A stretch of DNA of 64,000 bases from Nannocystis bainbridge (GCF_028368995.1 NZ_JAQNDL010000002.1:224001-288000), one strand, 5' to 3'. Positions 37,171 through 47,045 are shown, counted from the first letter of the stretch. Made by a program: numbers and translations. The notes: a model not told the origin generated them from the sequence alone.

Positions 37171-40100
37171 TTACTTGGCCGGCTGGCCGGCCAGCCACCC
37201 GCGGATCTCGTCCTGCTCGCGCTTGTAGGCTGGGCCGAGGGTCGTCAGGGTCATCAGGCCTTGCTGGGCCAGGTTGCGGTCCTCGAGCGAGAGGCTGGCG
37301 GTCTCGGTGGTGCGGGCGCGGGCCAGGCCGAAGCGGGCCTGGGCCAGCTCCAGAGTGTTCTCGTCGCCGGTCGCGGTGAAGATGGCGATCGCGCGCTCGT
37401 AGTGGCCGCGGGCGCCGGCGGGGTCGTTGCGGGCGAGGGCCAGGTCGCCGAGGCGGAGGCGGATCAGCGCCGCCTCGGGGCCGTCGATCATCGGCCCGCG
37501 CTCGCGCAGGGTCTGGGCCTGCTGCAGCATGTTCGCGGCCTCGTCGAGGCGGCCGGCGAGCCGATGGACCTCGGCGATCCGGCGCAGCGACTCGGCCAGC
37601 TGCGGGGCGCCGGGGGGCAGGCGGGCCTTGCGGATCTCGAGGCCACGGAGGTACTGGCCGAGGGCCGCTTCGATGTCGCCGGCGCGCAGCAGCATGTCGC
37701 CCTCGCGGTCGTCGACCTCGGCGGTGCGCGGCTCGTCGGGGCCGAAGTTGCGCTCGGCGATCGTGCGCGCGCGCTGAAAATGAGCGGCGGCGGCGGTGAG
37801 GTCGTCGCGGCAAGTCGCGGCCTTGCCGAGGCCGAGCACCGGCACGAAGGCGGCGCCGTCGACCGAGGTCTCGTCGGCGCCGATCACCTGCAGGGCGCGG
37901 CGGTAGCTGGCGTCGGCCTCCTTGCAGCGGCGCTGGTCGACGGCCAGGTCGCCGATGGCGGTCAGCACCCAGCGCAGGTCGGCGGCGTCGGGCCCGAGCA
38001 GCTCGCTCTGCAGCGCCAGCGCGCGCTGGAAGTAGCTCTCGGCCTCGGCGAAGCGGTGCAGCGCGGTGAGGCCGATGCCGAGGTTGATCGCCAGCAGGGC
38101 GATGTGCGGGTGCTTGGGCCCGAGGCTGGTCTCGGCCGCGGCGAAGGCGGCGCGCAGGCGCTCGACGCCGCCGAGGCTGTCGTCGCTGCTGAGCAGGGCC
38201 AGCCCGAGGTTGCCGAGCGCGTAGACGACCTGCGGGTGCTCCTCGCCGAGCACGGCCCGGCGCGCGTCGATCGAGGCGACGAAGTACTCGCCGGCGGCCT
38301 GCATCTCGGCCAGCACCGCGTGGGCGATGCCGAGGTTGTTGAGGTGGTCGCCGCGCAGCTCGCGACCCTCGCGGGTCGAGCCGACGCGCGCGACCAGGCC
38401 GTCGATCAGCGGCGCGTCGGCCAGCACCTCGTGGCTCTGCTGCAGGCGCCCGGCGCGGACGAAATCGCGGCGGGTGGCGATGGTCGCGGCGACGACGTCG
38501 TGGCCGCACGCGAGCGCGGTCTGCAGGGCGCTGGTGAGCTCGCGCAAGGCGTCGGAGTGGCGGCCGGCCTCGCTGAGCAGGCTGCCGTGGCGCAGGCCGA
38601 TCTCGGCGACCAGCGGCGGGTAGTCGAGCCCGCCGAGCTCGAGGCCCTCGACGAGCTTGAGGCCCTCGGTGATCTGGCCGGCGAGCTCGTGCGCCTGAGC
38701 CTCGGCCAGGATCCCGCGCACGGCGGCGACGCGGGCGGCGCTGTTGGGATCGTCGGGCGGCGGGACGGCGGAGGTGAGGGCCCGGGTGTCGTCGCAGGCG
38801 GCCAGCGGGGGCAGGTTGGCGGCCGCGGCACCGGCGTTGCCGACCACCTCGGCGTCGGCGCGCTGGAGGATCGCCACGAACGCGGCCAGGCTCTTGTGCC
38901 GCTGGTCGAGGCACGCGGTGCGCAGGTCGAACAGGTGCGTCGAGGCGCGGCCCTGTTGATGGGCCTGACAGGCGTCGACCCGCATGCCGACGAGCTCGCC
39001 GGCGTAGGCGTCGAGGCGGACTTTGACGCGGGTCCAGGTGTCCTCGGCGAACGGCACGCCGGTGCGCCGCAGGCCCTCGCGCGCGGCCGCGGCGGCGACC
39101 GAGTCCCACACACCGACGAGCTCGTTGCCGGCGCCCTCGCAGGTGTCGCCGAACGACTGCATCGAGGCGGCGGTGATGCCGGCGGCGGCCATGACCCCGG
39201 CGAGCCCGGCGGTCATGAACCACGGGGCGCGGCGGCGCTCGAGGGTCCGCTCGAGGGCCGCCAGCAGGGCGGGCATCGAGGGGAAGCGACGGGCCGGATC
39301 GACGGCGAGGCCGCGGGTGATGATCTGCAGCAGGGCCGCGGGGACGTGGTGGCCGGGCGGCGGGTCCCGGATCGCGCCGCGGGTGACGGCGTCGGTGAGC
39401 GCGAGCAGGCTGGTGCAGTCGAACGGCGGCGCGTCGTAGAGCGCCTCGTAGAGGCTGACGCAGAAGCTGAACTGGTCGCTCTTCTCGGTCGCCGGCTGAC
39501 CCATGTGCTGCTCGGGGGCCATGTACATCGGCGTGCCGACGACCACGCCGGTGTGCGTGAGCTGGTGGTCGAGCGAGCTCGTCAGGGTGCTGCGCAGCAC
39601 CGGCGCGTCCTCGGCCAGCGGCTCGCGGTCGACAGCGCGGGCGAGGCCGAAGTCGAGCACCTTGGCCACGCCGTCTTCGCCGACGATCACGTTGGCCGGC
39701 TTGAAGTCGCGGTGGACCAGGCCGGCGGCGTGGGCGGTTGCGAGGCCGCGGCCGGCCTGCAGCAGGGTCTCGACGCGGGCGCGCCACGGGCGGGCGACCT
39801 TGAGCCACTGGGCGAGGTTCTGCCCGCGCACGAACTCCATGGCGATGAACACCTCGCCGTCGTGATCGCCGACCTCATGGACGGTGACGATGTTGGGGTG
39901 CGAGACGCGGGCCATCGCCTGGGCCTCGCGCAGCATGCGTTCGCGGGCCAGCGGCTCGCGGCGGGCGGTGTCGTTGCGCAGGACCTTGACGGCGACCTTG
40001 CGGTCGAGCTGGTCGTCGTAGGCGGCATAGACGATGCCCATCGCCCCCTCGCCCAGGCGCTCGAGGATGGTGAAGCGGCCGATGTGGGCCAGCAGCGAGG

Positions 40101-40302
40101 GATGGGTGGTGGCGACCGCAGGGGCGGCCGCAGGGGCGGGTGCGGTCGAGGGCGGCGGCTCGCGGGTCAGCGCCTCGTCCATCCGCAGGGTCGCCGCGAA
40201 CGGTCCTCTCCCGGACGGAGCGAGAGATGGGGAAGCGGCGGCGGCCACCTCGGTGACTTGAGCGGTAGGCGTCGTTTTGTCCAGCGCGGTCGGCTTCGCC
40301 AT
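37171..40302 (-). CDS. Ser/Thr kinase with TM helix and C-terminal TPR domain
   Basis: LGEGAMGIVY, VAVK, HRDFKPANV, DFG, GTPMYMAPE; kinesin-light-chain-like TPRs (LGEEHPQV, LGPKHPHIA). Confidence 0.94.
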   Translation of the reverse strand: MAKPTALDKTTPTAQVTEVAAAASPSLAPSGRGPFAATLRMDEALTREPPPSTAPAPAAAPAVATTHPSLLAHIGRFTILERLGEGAMGIVYAAYDDQLDRKVAVKVLRNDTARREPLARERMLREAQAMARVSHPNIVTVHEVGDHDGEVFIAMEFVRGQNLAQWLKVARPWRARVETLLQAGRGLATAHAAGLVHRDFKPANVIVGEDGVAKVLDFGLARAVDREPLAEDAPVLRSTLTSSLDHQLTHTGVVVGTPMYMAPEQHMGQPATEKSDQFSFCVSLYEALYDAPPFDCTSLLALTDAVTRGAIRDPPPGHHVPAALLQIITRGLAVDPARRFPSMPALLAALERTLERRRAPWFMTAGLAGVMAAAGITAASMQSFGDTCEGAGNELVGVWDSVAAAAAREGLRRTGVPFAEDTWTRVKVRLDAYAGELVGMRVDACQAHQQGRASTHLFDLRTACLDQRHKSLAAFVAILQRADAEVVGNAGAAAANLPPLAACDDTRALTSAVPPPDDPNSAARVAAVRGILAEAQAHELAGQITEGLKLVEGLELGGLDYPPLVAEIGLRHGSLLSEAGRHSDALRELTSALQTALACGHDVVAATIATRRDFVRAGRLQQSHEVLADAPLIDGLVARVGSTREGRELRGDHLNNLGIAHAVLAEMQAAGEYFVASIDARRAVLGEEHPQVVYALGNLGLALLSSDDSLGGVERLRAAFAAAETSLGPKHPHIALLAINLGIGLTALHRFAEAESYFQRALALQSELLGPDAADLRWVLTAIGDLAVDQRRCKEADASYRRALQVIGADETSVDGAAFVPVLGLGKAATCRDDLTAAAAHFQRARTIAERNFGPDEPRTAEVDDREGDMLLRAGDIEAALGQYLRGLEIRKARLPPGAPQLAESLRRIAEVHRLAGRLDEAANMLQQAQTLRERGPMIDGPEAALIRLRLGDLALARNDPAGARGHYERAIAIFTATGDENTLELAQARFGLARARTTETASLSLEDRNLAQQGLMTLTTLGPAYKREQDEIRGWLAGQPAK

Positions 40303-40360
40303 GAGCGGCAGGCACCCACGGGGGCGCCTCTGGAGAATAGAAGAGGCGAGCTCGAACCGC

Positions 40361-40532
40361 GAATATTTACTTGTGATTTACAGTGTATTTAGGCGGGCGA
40401 ATTTGCGCTGGTTATTTTCTAACAAATCAATGTGGACTTTCAGGAGCTAAATAGAAAATAGTCTCAAACATAATCTAACTATTCATACTTTAATAATGAA
40501 AAAATGTTTGATTGTTTAGTTTGAAAAAATGT
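40361..40532. promoter_or_regulatory. AT-rich divergent regulatory region
   Basis: About 28% GC by hand count (48/170); direct repeat TGAAAAAATGT at 40497 and 40522; inverted repeat TCAAACAT (40464) / ATGTTTGA (40504). Confidence 0.7.
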
Positions 40533-40613
40533 GGAGCTGGGACCCAGATTTTCGCTGGACGGGCTTCGGGGACGCCACATGCACAAGCCAGAACCCGAGC
40601 TGGAGAACCCCCG

Positions 40614-41618
40614 ATGAACGTCCGCAACCTTGTTCTTTTCACGATCCTGGGCATGGGCATGGGCGCTGGCTGTGATGATGTCGGCGCGGTGGATGCCGCG
40701 GACGCGGACCTCGGCGCTGTCCTCCCGCGGCCCGGGAGCGGGGCCTCGGGCGGCGTGTGGCTGAACACGAGCACCATCGGGACCACGGCGTTCTCGGAGC
40801 TCGACCTGTCGGGCCAGGTGCACGCCGGCGCGCAGTTCACCGGCGCCCAGCTGCTCCGGCCGGGCAACGTGTGGCTCGACATCACCAACGGGTCGGTGAA
40901 GGACGGGACGCTCGAGGCGAAGGTCGGGAGCAAGGTCTACAAGGGCGCCGACCTGATCGGGTCGCGCTGGCAGTTGACGCTGTTCAACGCGGACACCGAC
41001 GGCGACGGCGACCACGACGCCGACGACGAGGCGGCGGTGCCGGTCGAGATCTGGATCACCGCGGTCCAGCAGATCTCGACGAAGGAGGCGCGCTACGTGT
41101 TCGAGACCTACGACGCCGACGACAACGTCGTGCCGGTCTGTAGCCCGGACGCGTCGGGCGCGACGACGATGGTGCCGATCAAGGACCTCGCGGTCGACGA
41201 GGTCACTGGCAAGATGACCAAGCGCAGCAACACGCTGTACCTGGCGTGTACCTCGGGCGCGATCGGCAAGGCGGTGACCTGGGGTTACCGGCCGTGGGAG
41301 CGCACGCTCGAGGAGTTCGAGGTCGCCACCCGCATGATCCGCGCCGACTACTGCTTCACCGGCCACTCGTTCACGCAGACCGGGACCAGCATGCAGGTGA
41401 AGGACCGCTACAACATCAACACCTTCCTCCACACGGGCGATCCGAACGAGGCGGTGTGGGGCCGCACCGGCGTCCGCTGCATCAATACGCCCCGCAGCTC
41501 GACCTACTCGGCGCCGCAGGTGCAGTGCAACGGCCAGACGCTGCCGGCCTGCCCGAGCGACGTCAGCCTGACGACCTACTCGGACGCGCTGTTCTGGACC
41601 AAGGTCGACGCCGGCTGA
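40614..41618 (+). CDS. ADYC-domain lipoprotein
   Basis: Lipobox GAGC; LACTSGAIGKAVTWGYRPW, TRMIRADYCFTGHSFT, EAVWGRTGVRCINTPR. Confidence 0.88.
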   Translation: MNVRNLVLFTILGMGMGAGCDDVGAVDAADADLGAVLPRPGSGASGGVWLNTSTIGTTAFSELDLSGQVHAGAQFTGAQLLRPGNVWLDITNGSVKDGTLEAKVGSKVYKGADLIGSRWQLTLFNADTDGDGDHDADDEAAVPVEIWITAVQQISTKEARYVFETYDADDNVVPVCSPDASGATTMVPIKDLAVDEVTGKMTKRSNTLYLACTSGAIGKAVTWGYRPWERTLEEFEVATRMIRADYCFTGHSFTQTGTSMQVKDRYNINTFLHTGDPNEAVWGRTGVRCINTPRSSTYSAPQVQCNGQTLPACPSDVSLTTYSDALFWTKVDAG

Positions 41619-41634
41619 GCGAGCCCCGCGACCA

Positions 41635-41821
41635 GAGCAGCCCGCGCTTCCCCGAGGATGCGCGGGCTTCGTGCGTCCGGGCGCGAGCGCGGCGACGAGA
41701 GCAGCCCGCGCCTCCGAGAGGATGCGCGGGCTTCGTGCGTGCGGGCGCGAGCGCGGCAACAACAGCAGCCCGCGCTTCCACGAGGATGCGCGGGCTTCGT
41801 GCGTGCGTGCGGGCGCGAGCG
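41635..41821. repeat. 64-bp tandem repeat x3, each with a REP-like hairpin
   Basis: gcagcccgcg at 41637, 41701, 41765; stem AGCCCGCGC...GCGCGGGCT; lies between convergent genes. Confidence 0.9.
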
Positions 41822-41846
41822 TGGGGGCTCGCCGTGGAGCGGCCGC

Positions 41847-42305
41847 TCAGCCGCCGGCGAGCACGCGGGTGGCGACTTGCTTGAGCAGGTCGGAGTCGAC
41901 CTGGTCCTTGTGCGTCTTCATCACCGCGCCGACCAGCTTACCGACCTGCTTGGGATCGGTGATGTTGTTGGCGGTCGCGGCCTCGCGGACGAGCGCCTCG
42001 GTGGCGGCCTCGTCGAGCCGGCTCGGCATGAACTGCTCGCAGAAGCCGAGCTCGAACTGGGCCTCGGAGAGCAGCTGCTGGCCGCGGTCGCCCAGCTTCT
42101 CGTACTCGCCGATCGTCTTCTTGAGCTGCTTGGCGTACGACTTGATGGTGTCGAGCCACAGCGCGTCGTTGTCCTCGGCGCCGGAGCCCGACTTGAGCTC
42201 GAGCAGGGCCTTGCTCTTGAGCATGCCGATGACGTTCTTGGTCGCCTCGTCGCGGGCGAGGCGGGCCTCGCGGAGCTTGGCTTCGATCTGGTCTTTGACG
42301 GACAT
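41847..42305 (-). CDS. GatB/YqeY domain protein
   Basis: MSVKDQIEAKLREARLARD..IGMLKS...FMPSRLDE...KQVGKLVGAVMK...VD. Confidence 0.9.
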   Translation of the reverse strand: MSVKDQIEAKLREARLARDEATKNVIGMLKSKALLELKSGSGAEDNDALWLDTIKSYAKQLKKTIGEYEKLGDRGQQLLSEAQFELGFCEQFMPSRLDEAATEALVREAATANNITDPKQVGKLVGAVMKTHKDQVDSDLLKQVATRVLAGG

Positions 42306-42344
42306 GAGGCCGCGGAAGATAACAAACAATTGCCGCGGGGCGCC

Positions 42345-43130
42345 TCAGCCGCCGCGAAAGCGGGGCGAACGACGCTCGCGCGCGGCGGCCCGGCCCTCGC
42401 GGAAGTCCTCGCTGGTGTAAGCGACGCGGCGGGCCTGCTCGTGCGCGGCCAGCTCTTCGCCCGTCGGACCGCCGCGGTCGAGCGCGCGCAGCAGCTCGCG
42501 GTGGGCCCTCAGGCTGTGCGGCGCGCCCTGACGCAGCCGCGCGGCGAACTCCTCGCCGGCGCGGGCGAGCGCGTCGGCCGGGTGCAGCGAGGCGAGGGCG
42601 CCGGCCCGATGCGCCTCCTCGGCGCCGATCGGCTCGGCCGCGAGCAGCATCCGCCGCGCGAGCGCCGGGCCGAACACGCGCCGCAGCAGGACCACGCCGG
42701 CCGCGTGGTAGACGACGCCGAGGCGCGCGGCCGGGACGGTGAAGCGCACGCCGTGGGCAGCGAGGCGCAGGTCGCAGGCGGCGATCAGCTCGACGCCGGC
42801 GCCGAACACCTCGCCGTGCACGACGGCGATCAAGAGCGCGTCGCAGGTCTGGAGCGCGGCGGAGGCGGTGATCAGCGGGGCGTCGGGGGCGCTGGCGGCC
42901 GGGGCGTCGAGCTGTCCTTCGGGCAAGGCGTCGAGGTCGTAGCCGGCGCAGAAGCACGGGCCCGGGGTGGCGTCGAGCAGCACGACCTCGCCGCGCAGGG
43001 CCCGGGCGCGCGCCTCGAGGGTGGCGAGCATCGCCGGGGTGAGGGCGTTGCGCTTGCGCGGGTGGCTGATCGTCCAGCGCAGCAGGCCCGGCGCGAGCTC
43101 GGCCTCGAGGACGCGCGCCTCGTCACTCAT
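42345..43130 (-). CDS. Enoyl-CoA hydratase/isomerase family protein
   Basis: PRKRNAL, FCAGYDL, IAVVHGEVFGAGVELIAACDLR, SEDFREG...RSPRFRG. Confidence 0.92.
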   Translation of the reverse strand: MSDEARVLEAELAPGLLRWTISHPRKRNALTPAMLATLEARARALRGEVVLLDATPGPCFCAGYDLDALPEGQLDAPAASAPDAPLITASAALQTCDALLIAVVHGEVFGAGVELIAACDLRLAAHGVRFTVPAARLGVVYHAAGVVLLRRVFGPALARRMLLAAEPIGAEEAHRAGALASLHPADALARAGEEFAARLRQGAPHSLRAHRELLRALDRGGPTGEELAAHEQARRVAYTSEDFREGRAAARERRSPRFRGG

Positions 43131-43158
43131 GGGCGGGCTCCGGAGCGGCGGGTCGAAG

Positions 43159-43350
43159 GTTCATGGCGGAAAAGACATGTGCGTGAGGACATGTTCGATG
43201 GACCATGGCGGTTCATGCATGTCCGGAGAGGCATGTCCGAAGGGGCATGGCTGACAGGACACGCGAGAGCGACGGGTCGGAGCGACACCCGGGCGCGCAT
43301 GGCCCGGAGGACATGCGTGCACGGTCGGCGCGGGCCTGGCCCGAGGGACA
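43159..43350. repeat. 14-bp-phased GGACATGTCC-like array, 8 consecutive units plus 2 pairs
   Basis: Units at 43159, 43173, 43187, 43201, 43215, 43229, 43243, 43257; further pairs at 43295/43309 and ~43331/43345. Confidence 0.9.
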
Positions 43351-43368
43351 GCCATGCGCCGGCGCGGC

Positions 43369-43827
43369 TCACGGCGCCGGCGGGGTCGCGGGGGCGGGCG
43401 GGCTGGACGCGGCCGGGGCGTGGAGCGTGAGGCCCTTGCCGGGGGCGTCGCCGGACTTGGGCGGGAGCTCGGGCTTGACCGTGCCGGCCTCGACGTCGCG
43501 GCGGAGCTGCTCGAGCTGCTGCGCCTGCGGGCTGTCGGGGTTCTGCAGGATCTTCCGGCGCAGCGCGTGGGCCCGCGCGCGGTGCTGCTCGGGCGTGAAG
43601 TTCTTGGTGTCCGCTTCGATCAGCGCGATCTCTTCGGGCGTGAGCGGCGGCTCCTTGGCGATCGTCAGCTTCTCGGCCGGCGCAGGGGCGGCCTCGGGCG
43701 TCGGCGCCGGGCTCGGCGTGGGGGCCTTGGCGGCCTCGGCGGGGGCGCTCTTGGCGACCTCGGTGGGCGCAGGGGCCGTGGGACCGCAGGCGGCGAGGAT
43801 GAGCGCGGCGATGAGCGGGCGTCGCAT
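43369..43827 (-). CDS. Small Pro/Ala-rich lipoprotein
   Basis: MRRPLIAALILAAC lipobox; GC3-biased frame. Confidence 0.75.
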   Translation of the reverse strand: MRRPLIAALILAACGPTAPAPTEVAKSAPAEAAKAPTPSPAPTPEAAPAPAEKLTIAKEPPLTPEEIALIEADTKNFTPEQHRARAHALRRKILQNPDSPQAQQLEQLRRDVEAGTVKPELPPKSGDAPGKGLTLHAPAASSPPAPATPPAP

Positions 43828-44135
43828 GGGGCGCAGCATACCAGGCCGCCGGGGCCCCGCAGCGGCCTGTGACGCAAGTCCGAGCGGGCCGGGGCGGCGG
43901 GGTCCGGGGCGGGCACGGGCGGGGACGCGGGCGGCGATCGGGCGGCAGGGCCGGACCGGGGCCGGGCCCGCGGCGGGATGCGACGGCGGCGCGAGGACGC
44001 GAGGCCAGCCGCCCGGCGGCGGCCTGGAGGTAAGATGTCCCAAGGGACAGGTGCGCACGGCCGCGGACGCTCGACGAAGAATCGCGGATGCGGTGAAATA
44101 TCCTCAGGCGTGGCGGCGTTCGTCGCGCGGACAGC

Positions 44136-45101
44136 ATGCGCATCGACCTGCGGAACCTCGGCAAGACCTACGACGGCGACCGCTGGGCGATCCGCGGCCT
44201 CGACCTCACGGTCCCCAGCGGATCGATCTGCGGCCTCATCGGCCCCAACGGCGCCGGCAAGTCGACCACCTTGCGCATGCTGGCCACGGTGATGCGGCCG
44301 ACCGAGGGCGAGATCCGGTTCGACGGCCGGGCCCCGGAGATCGACGACGCCGACCTGCGGCGGGCGATCGGCTTCCTCGGCGACGGCAACCCGCTCTACA
44401 AGCACATGAGCCCGGCCGAGTACCTGCGCTTCTTCGGCGAGTGCTTCCGCATCCCCGACAAGGAGCTGGGCGCCGCGGTCGAGGACATGCTGGTGACCTT
44501 CGACCTGGTCGACAAGCGCGACGCGCCGGCCGGCTCGCTGTCGAAGGGCATGCGCCAGCGGCTGCTGATCGCCCGCTGCCTGCTGCACCGGCCGCGGCTC
44601 CTGATCCTCGACGAGCCGGCCGACGGCCTCGACCCGCGCGGGCGCAGCGACCTGCGGGCGATCCTGCAACGCACGCGCGAGCGCGGGACGACGGTGCTGA
44701 TCTCGTCGCACATCCTGCGCGAGCTCGACGACCTTTGCGATCAACTGGCGATCCTGCAGCAGGGCAAGCTGGTGGTCGCGGGCGACGTCGGCGACATCAT
44801 CGAGCGCTACGAGGTGCGCCGGTTCGTCTACGAGCTGCGCATCCTGCCGCCGACGCGCGAGGGCGGGCCCGGCAGCGAGCGCGCGCGCGAGCTGTTGATC
44901 GAGCACCGCGGCCTGGTCGAGGCCAGCGGGTTCGAGGACGGCTGCGAGACCCTCACCGCCCAGATCCCCGGCGGCGAGGACCGCATGGCCGACGCCCTGG
45001 CCGCGCTGGTGGCCGCGGGCGTCCGCGTCGTCACCTGCAGCCGCGTGCGCAGCCGCCTCGAAGACGTTTACAACCGCCTGTCCGAAGACCGCGTCAACTA
45101 G
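44136..45101 (+). CDS. ABC transporter ATP-binding protein (ABC-2/DrrA type)
   Basis: GPNGAGKST, LSKGMRQR, LILDEP, ISSH. Confidence 0.95.
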   Translation: MRIDLRNLGKTYDGDRWAIRGLDLTVPSGSICGLIGPNGAGKSTTLRMLATVMRPTEGEIRFDGRAPEIDDADLRRAIGFLGDGNPLYKHMSPAEYLRFFGECFRIPDKELGAAVEDMLVTFDLVDKRDAPAGSLSKGMRQRLLIARCLLHRPRLLILDEPADGLDPRGRSDLRAILQRTRERGTTVLISSHILRELDDLCDQLAILQQGKLVVAGDVGDIIERYEVRRFVYELRILPPTREGGPGSERARELLIEHRGLVEASGFEDGCETLTAQIPGGEDRMADALAALVAAGVRVVTCSRVRSRLEDVYNRLSEDRVN

Positions 45102-45114
45102 CCAGGAGCCCGCC

Positions 45115-46959
45115 ATGTCTCGCCCCCTCTCGATCCGCTCCGCCGCCCGGCCGTTCGTCGCCCGGGCCCTCCGCGGCCCTCGCGGCCGCCGCCTGTTCGG
45201 GCTGTCCGTGCTGCTCGCCGCGCTGTCGGCGGTGCTCGGTACCTGGCTGACTCTCGGGACAGGTGAGTTCGAGCGCGAGCTGCGGGTCGCGCTCGAGCTC
45301 GAGCAGTCCCGCTACCGCCAGGAGGAGGCCGGCTTCATGCTGATCGCCGACTCGGCGGAGGAGGCGGCGCAGCTGCGGCGCGAGGTCGCCAAGCGGTTCG
45401 CCGGCGGCGAGACGGGCTACGACGAGGTCGCCTTCCGCGTCAACAACGCGCTCGACGCCGCCGAGACCCGGCTCGTGCGGGCGGCCCACGGCGACGCGCC
45501 GCGGACCCACCGCAAGCTGCAGCAGGAGGCCCGCCTGGCCTACGAGGCCTGGTCGAAGTACCCGCTCCTGACCACCGGCCTCCACGGCCTCCCGGACTAC
45601 AACTGGTACGACGCCGACGAGGTGGCGATCCTGCAGGTGGTGGTCGATCGCGGGATGTCGCCGCGCATCGAGGAGTATGCCTCGCCGCTGCCGCCGTCCG
45701 ACGCGCTGAAGCTGACGGGCGTGCTGGCCGGCGGGGCGCTGCTGCTGCTGCTGCTGCTGGCCGCGCCGGTGCTGGCGGGCACGCAGATGGCCCAGGAGAC
45801 CCACGAGAACACGCTGCAGCCGCTGGCCGGCAGCGCGCTGCGGGCCCATGAGCTGGCGATCGGGCTGACCGCGGGGCCGCTGGCGGTGGTCGGCGTGCTG
45901 GCGGCGCCGCAGCTGCTGCTCATGCTCGCGGCGGCGGCGGCGGTCGGTCACCTCGGCGCGGCGCTGGCGTTCGTCGCGGTGGTGCTCGCGGGCGGGGCGT
46001 TCCTCGTCATGCTCGGGCAGCTCGCCGGGCTCGCGCTCGGCAAGGTCCGCTCGCCCGGGCTGGTCGGCGGCGGGCTGGCGGCGATCCTCGGCGTGCTCGG
46101 CGGGGTCGGGGTGGCGCTGGCGGCCGAGCTGTCTGAAAGGACAGCCGGTACGCTGGCCCTGCTGCCGCAGGCGGCGGCCAGCCACTCGCTGGCGCAGGCG
46201 TTCGGGCTCGGCGAGGCCTCGCGGGGCTTCGGCGCGTCGCTCGACACCACCGCGCCGGTGGTGATCGGCGCCGCGGGCATGCTGACGTTTGCGTTCCTCG
46301 GCCTGCGGGCCCTGGCGCGCCGGGTCGGCAACACCTCGCTGGTGTCGCTGCGCCGCGGCGAGGCGCTGGTCGGCGCGATCGTGGCGATGGTGCTGGTGAC
46401 GACCGCCAACCCGCCGCACCCGTGGCGCGCGGAGGAGTTCTACCTGCTCAACCTCGGCCTGCTGACGATCCCGCTGGCGATCCTGCTGATGATGCGGGCC
46501 CCGACCGGCGACGTGCCGCCGGCGCTGCGGCGCACGCCGGTGGCGGCGCTGGTCGGCGAGTTCGTCGGCTGGGCGGGCCTCTACCTGCTGCTGGCCGGGA
46601 TGCTGCTGACGGAGGGGTCGATGTGGCTGCTGTGGAACCCGGTCGCGCTGCTCTACGCCGGCTGGTTCCTCGGGGTCGCCGCGCTGCTGGCCCTGCGCGT
46701 GGCCGTCGCGCCGATGACGTTCGCGTCGCGGGCGTGGGCCGGGGTGTGCGCGGCGATGCTGGCGGTCGCGTTCGGCCACATGATCATGTGGGCCCGCCCC
46801 GGCGAGGAGCTGCTGTGGCGCGACGCCCACGTGTTCGGGTTCACCGCGCTCAGCCCGCTGCTCGGCCTGGTCCAGGCGCTGCTGACCGTCGCCGTGCCGT
46901 GGACGCTGCTGCGCGCGCTCCGGCGCCCGGCCTCGGTCGCGCCGGCGGCCGGCGAATAG
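45115..46959 (+). CDS. Multi-pass membrane protein, probable ABC permease
   Basis: More than 10 hydrophobic segments; AQETHENTLQPL resembles the ABC-2 permease E..GT...L motif; 13 bp after the ATPase. Confidence 0.75.
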   Translation: MSRPLSIRSAARPFVARALRGPRGRRLFGLSVLLAALSAVLGTWLTLGTGEFERELRVALELEQSRYRQEEAGFMLIADSAEEAAQLRREVAKRFAGGETGYDEVAFRVNNALDAAETRLVRAAHGDAPRTHRKLQQEARLAYEAWSKYPLLTTGLHGLPDYNWYDADEVAILQVVVDRGMSPRIEEYASPLPPSDALKLTGVLAGGALLLLLLLAAPVLAGTQMAQETHENTLQPLAGSALRAHELAIGLTAGPLAVVGVLAAPQLLLMLAAAAAVGHLGAALAFVAVVLAGGAFLVMLGQLAGLALGKVRSPGLVGGGLAAILGVLGGVGVALAAELSERTAGTLALLPQAAASHSLAQAFGLGEASRGFGASLDTTAPVVIGAAGMLTFAFLGLRALARRVGNTSLVSLRRGEALVGAIVAMVLVTTANPPHPWRAEEFYLLNLGLLTIPLAILLMMRAPTGDVPPALRRTPVAALVGEFVGWAGLYLLLAGMLLTEGSMWLLWNPVALLYAGWFLGVAALLALRVAVAPMTFASRAWAGVCAAMLAVAFGHMIMWARPGEELLWRDAHVFGFTALSPLLGLVQALLTVAVPWTLLRALRRPASVAPAAGE

Positions 46960-46980
46960 GCGAAGCAGGCGAGTCATAAT

Positions 46981-47012
46981 AATGGCCCGAAGGACATGTC
47001 CTTCGGGCCATT
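46981..47012. repeat. Perfect 32-bp palindrome centred on GGACATGTCC (possible bidirectional terminator)
   Basis: AATGGCCCGAAGGACATGTCCTTCGGGCCATT with AT-rich flanks, between convergent genes. Confidence 0.85.
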
Positions 47013-47045
47013 GTTTATTGTGGCGCCGCGATCGGCGGCGGCGGC

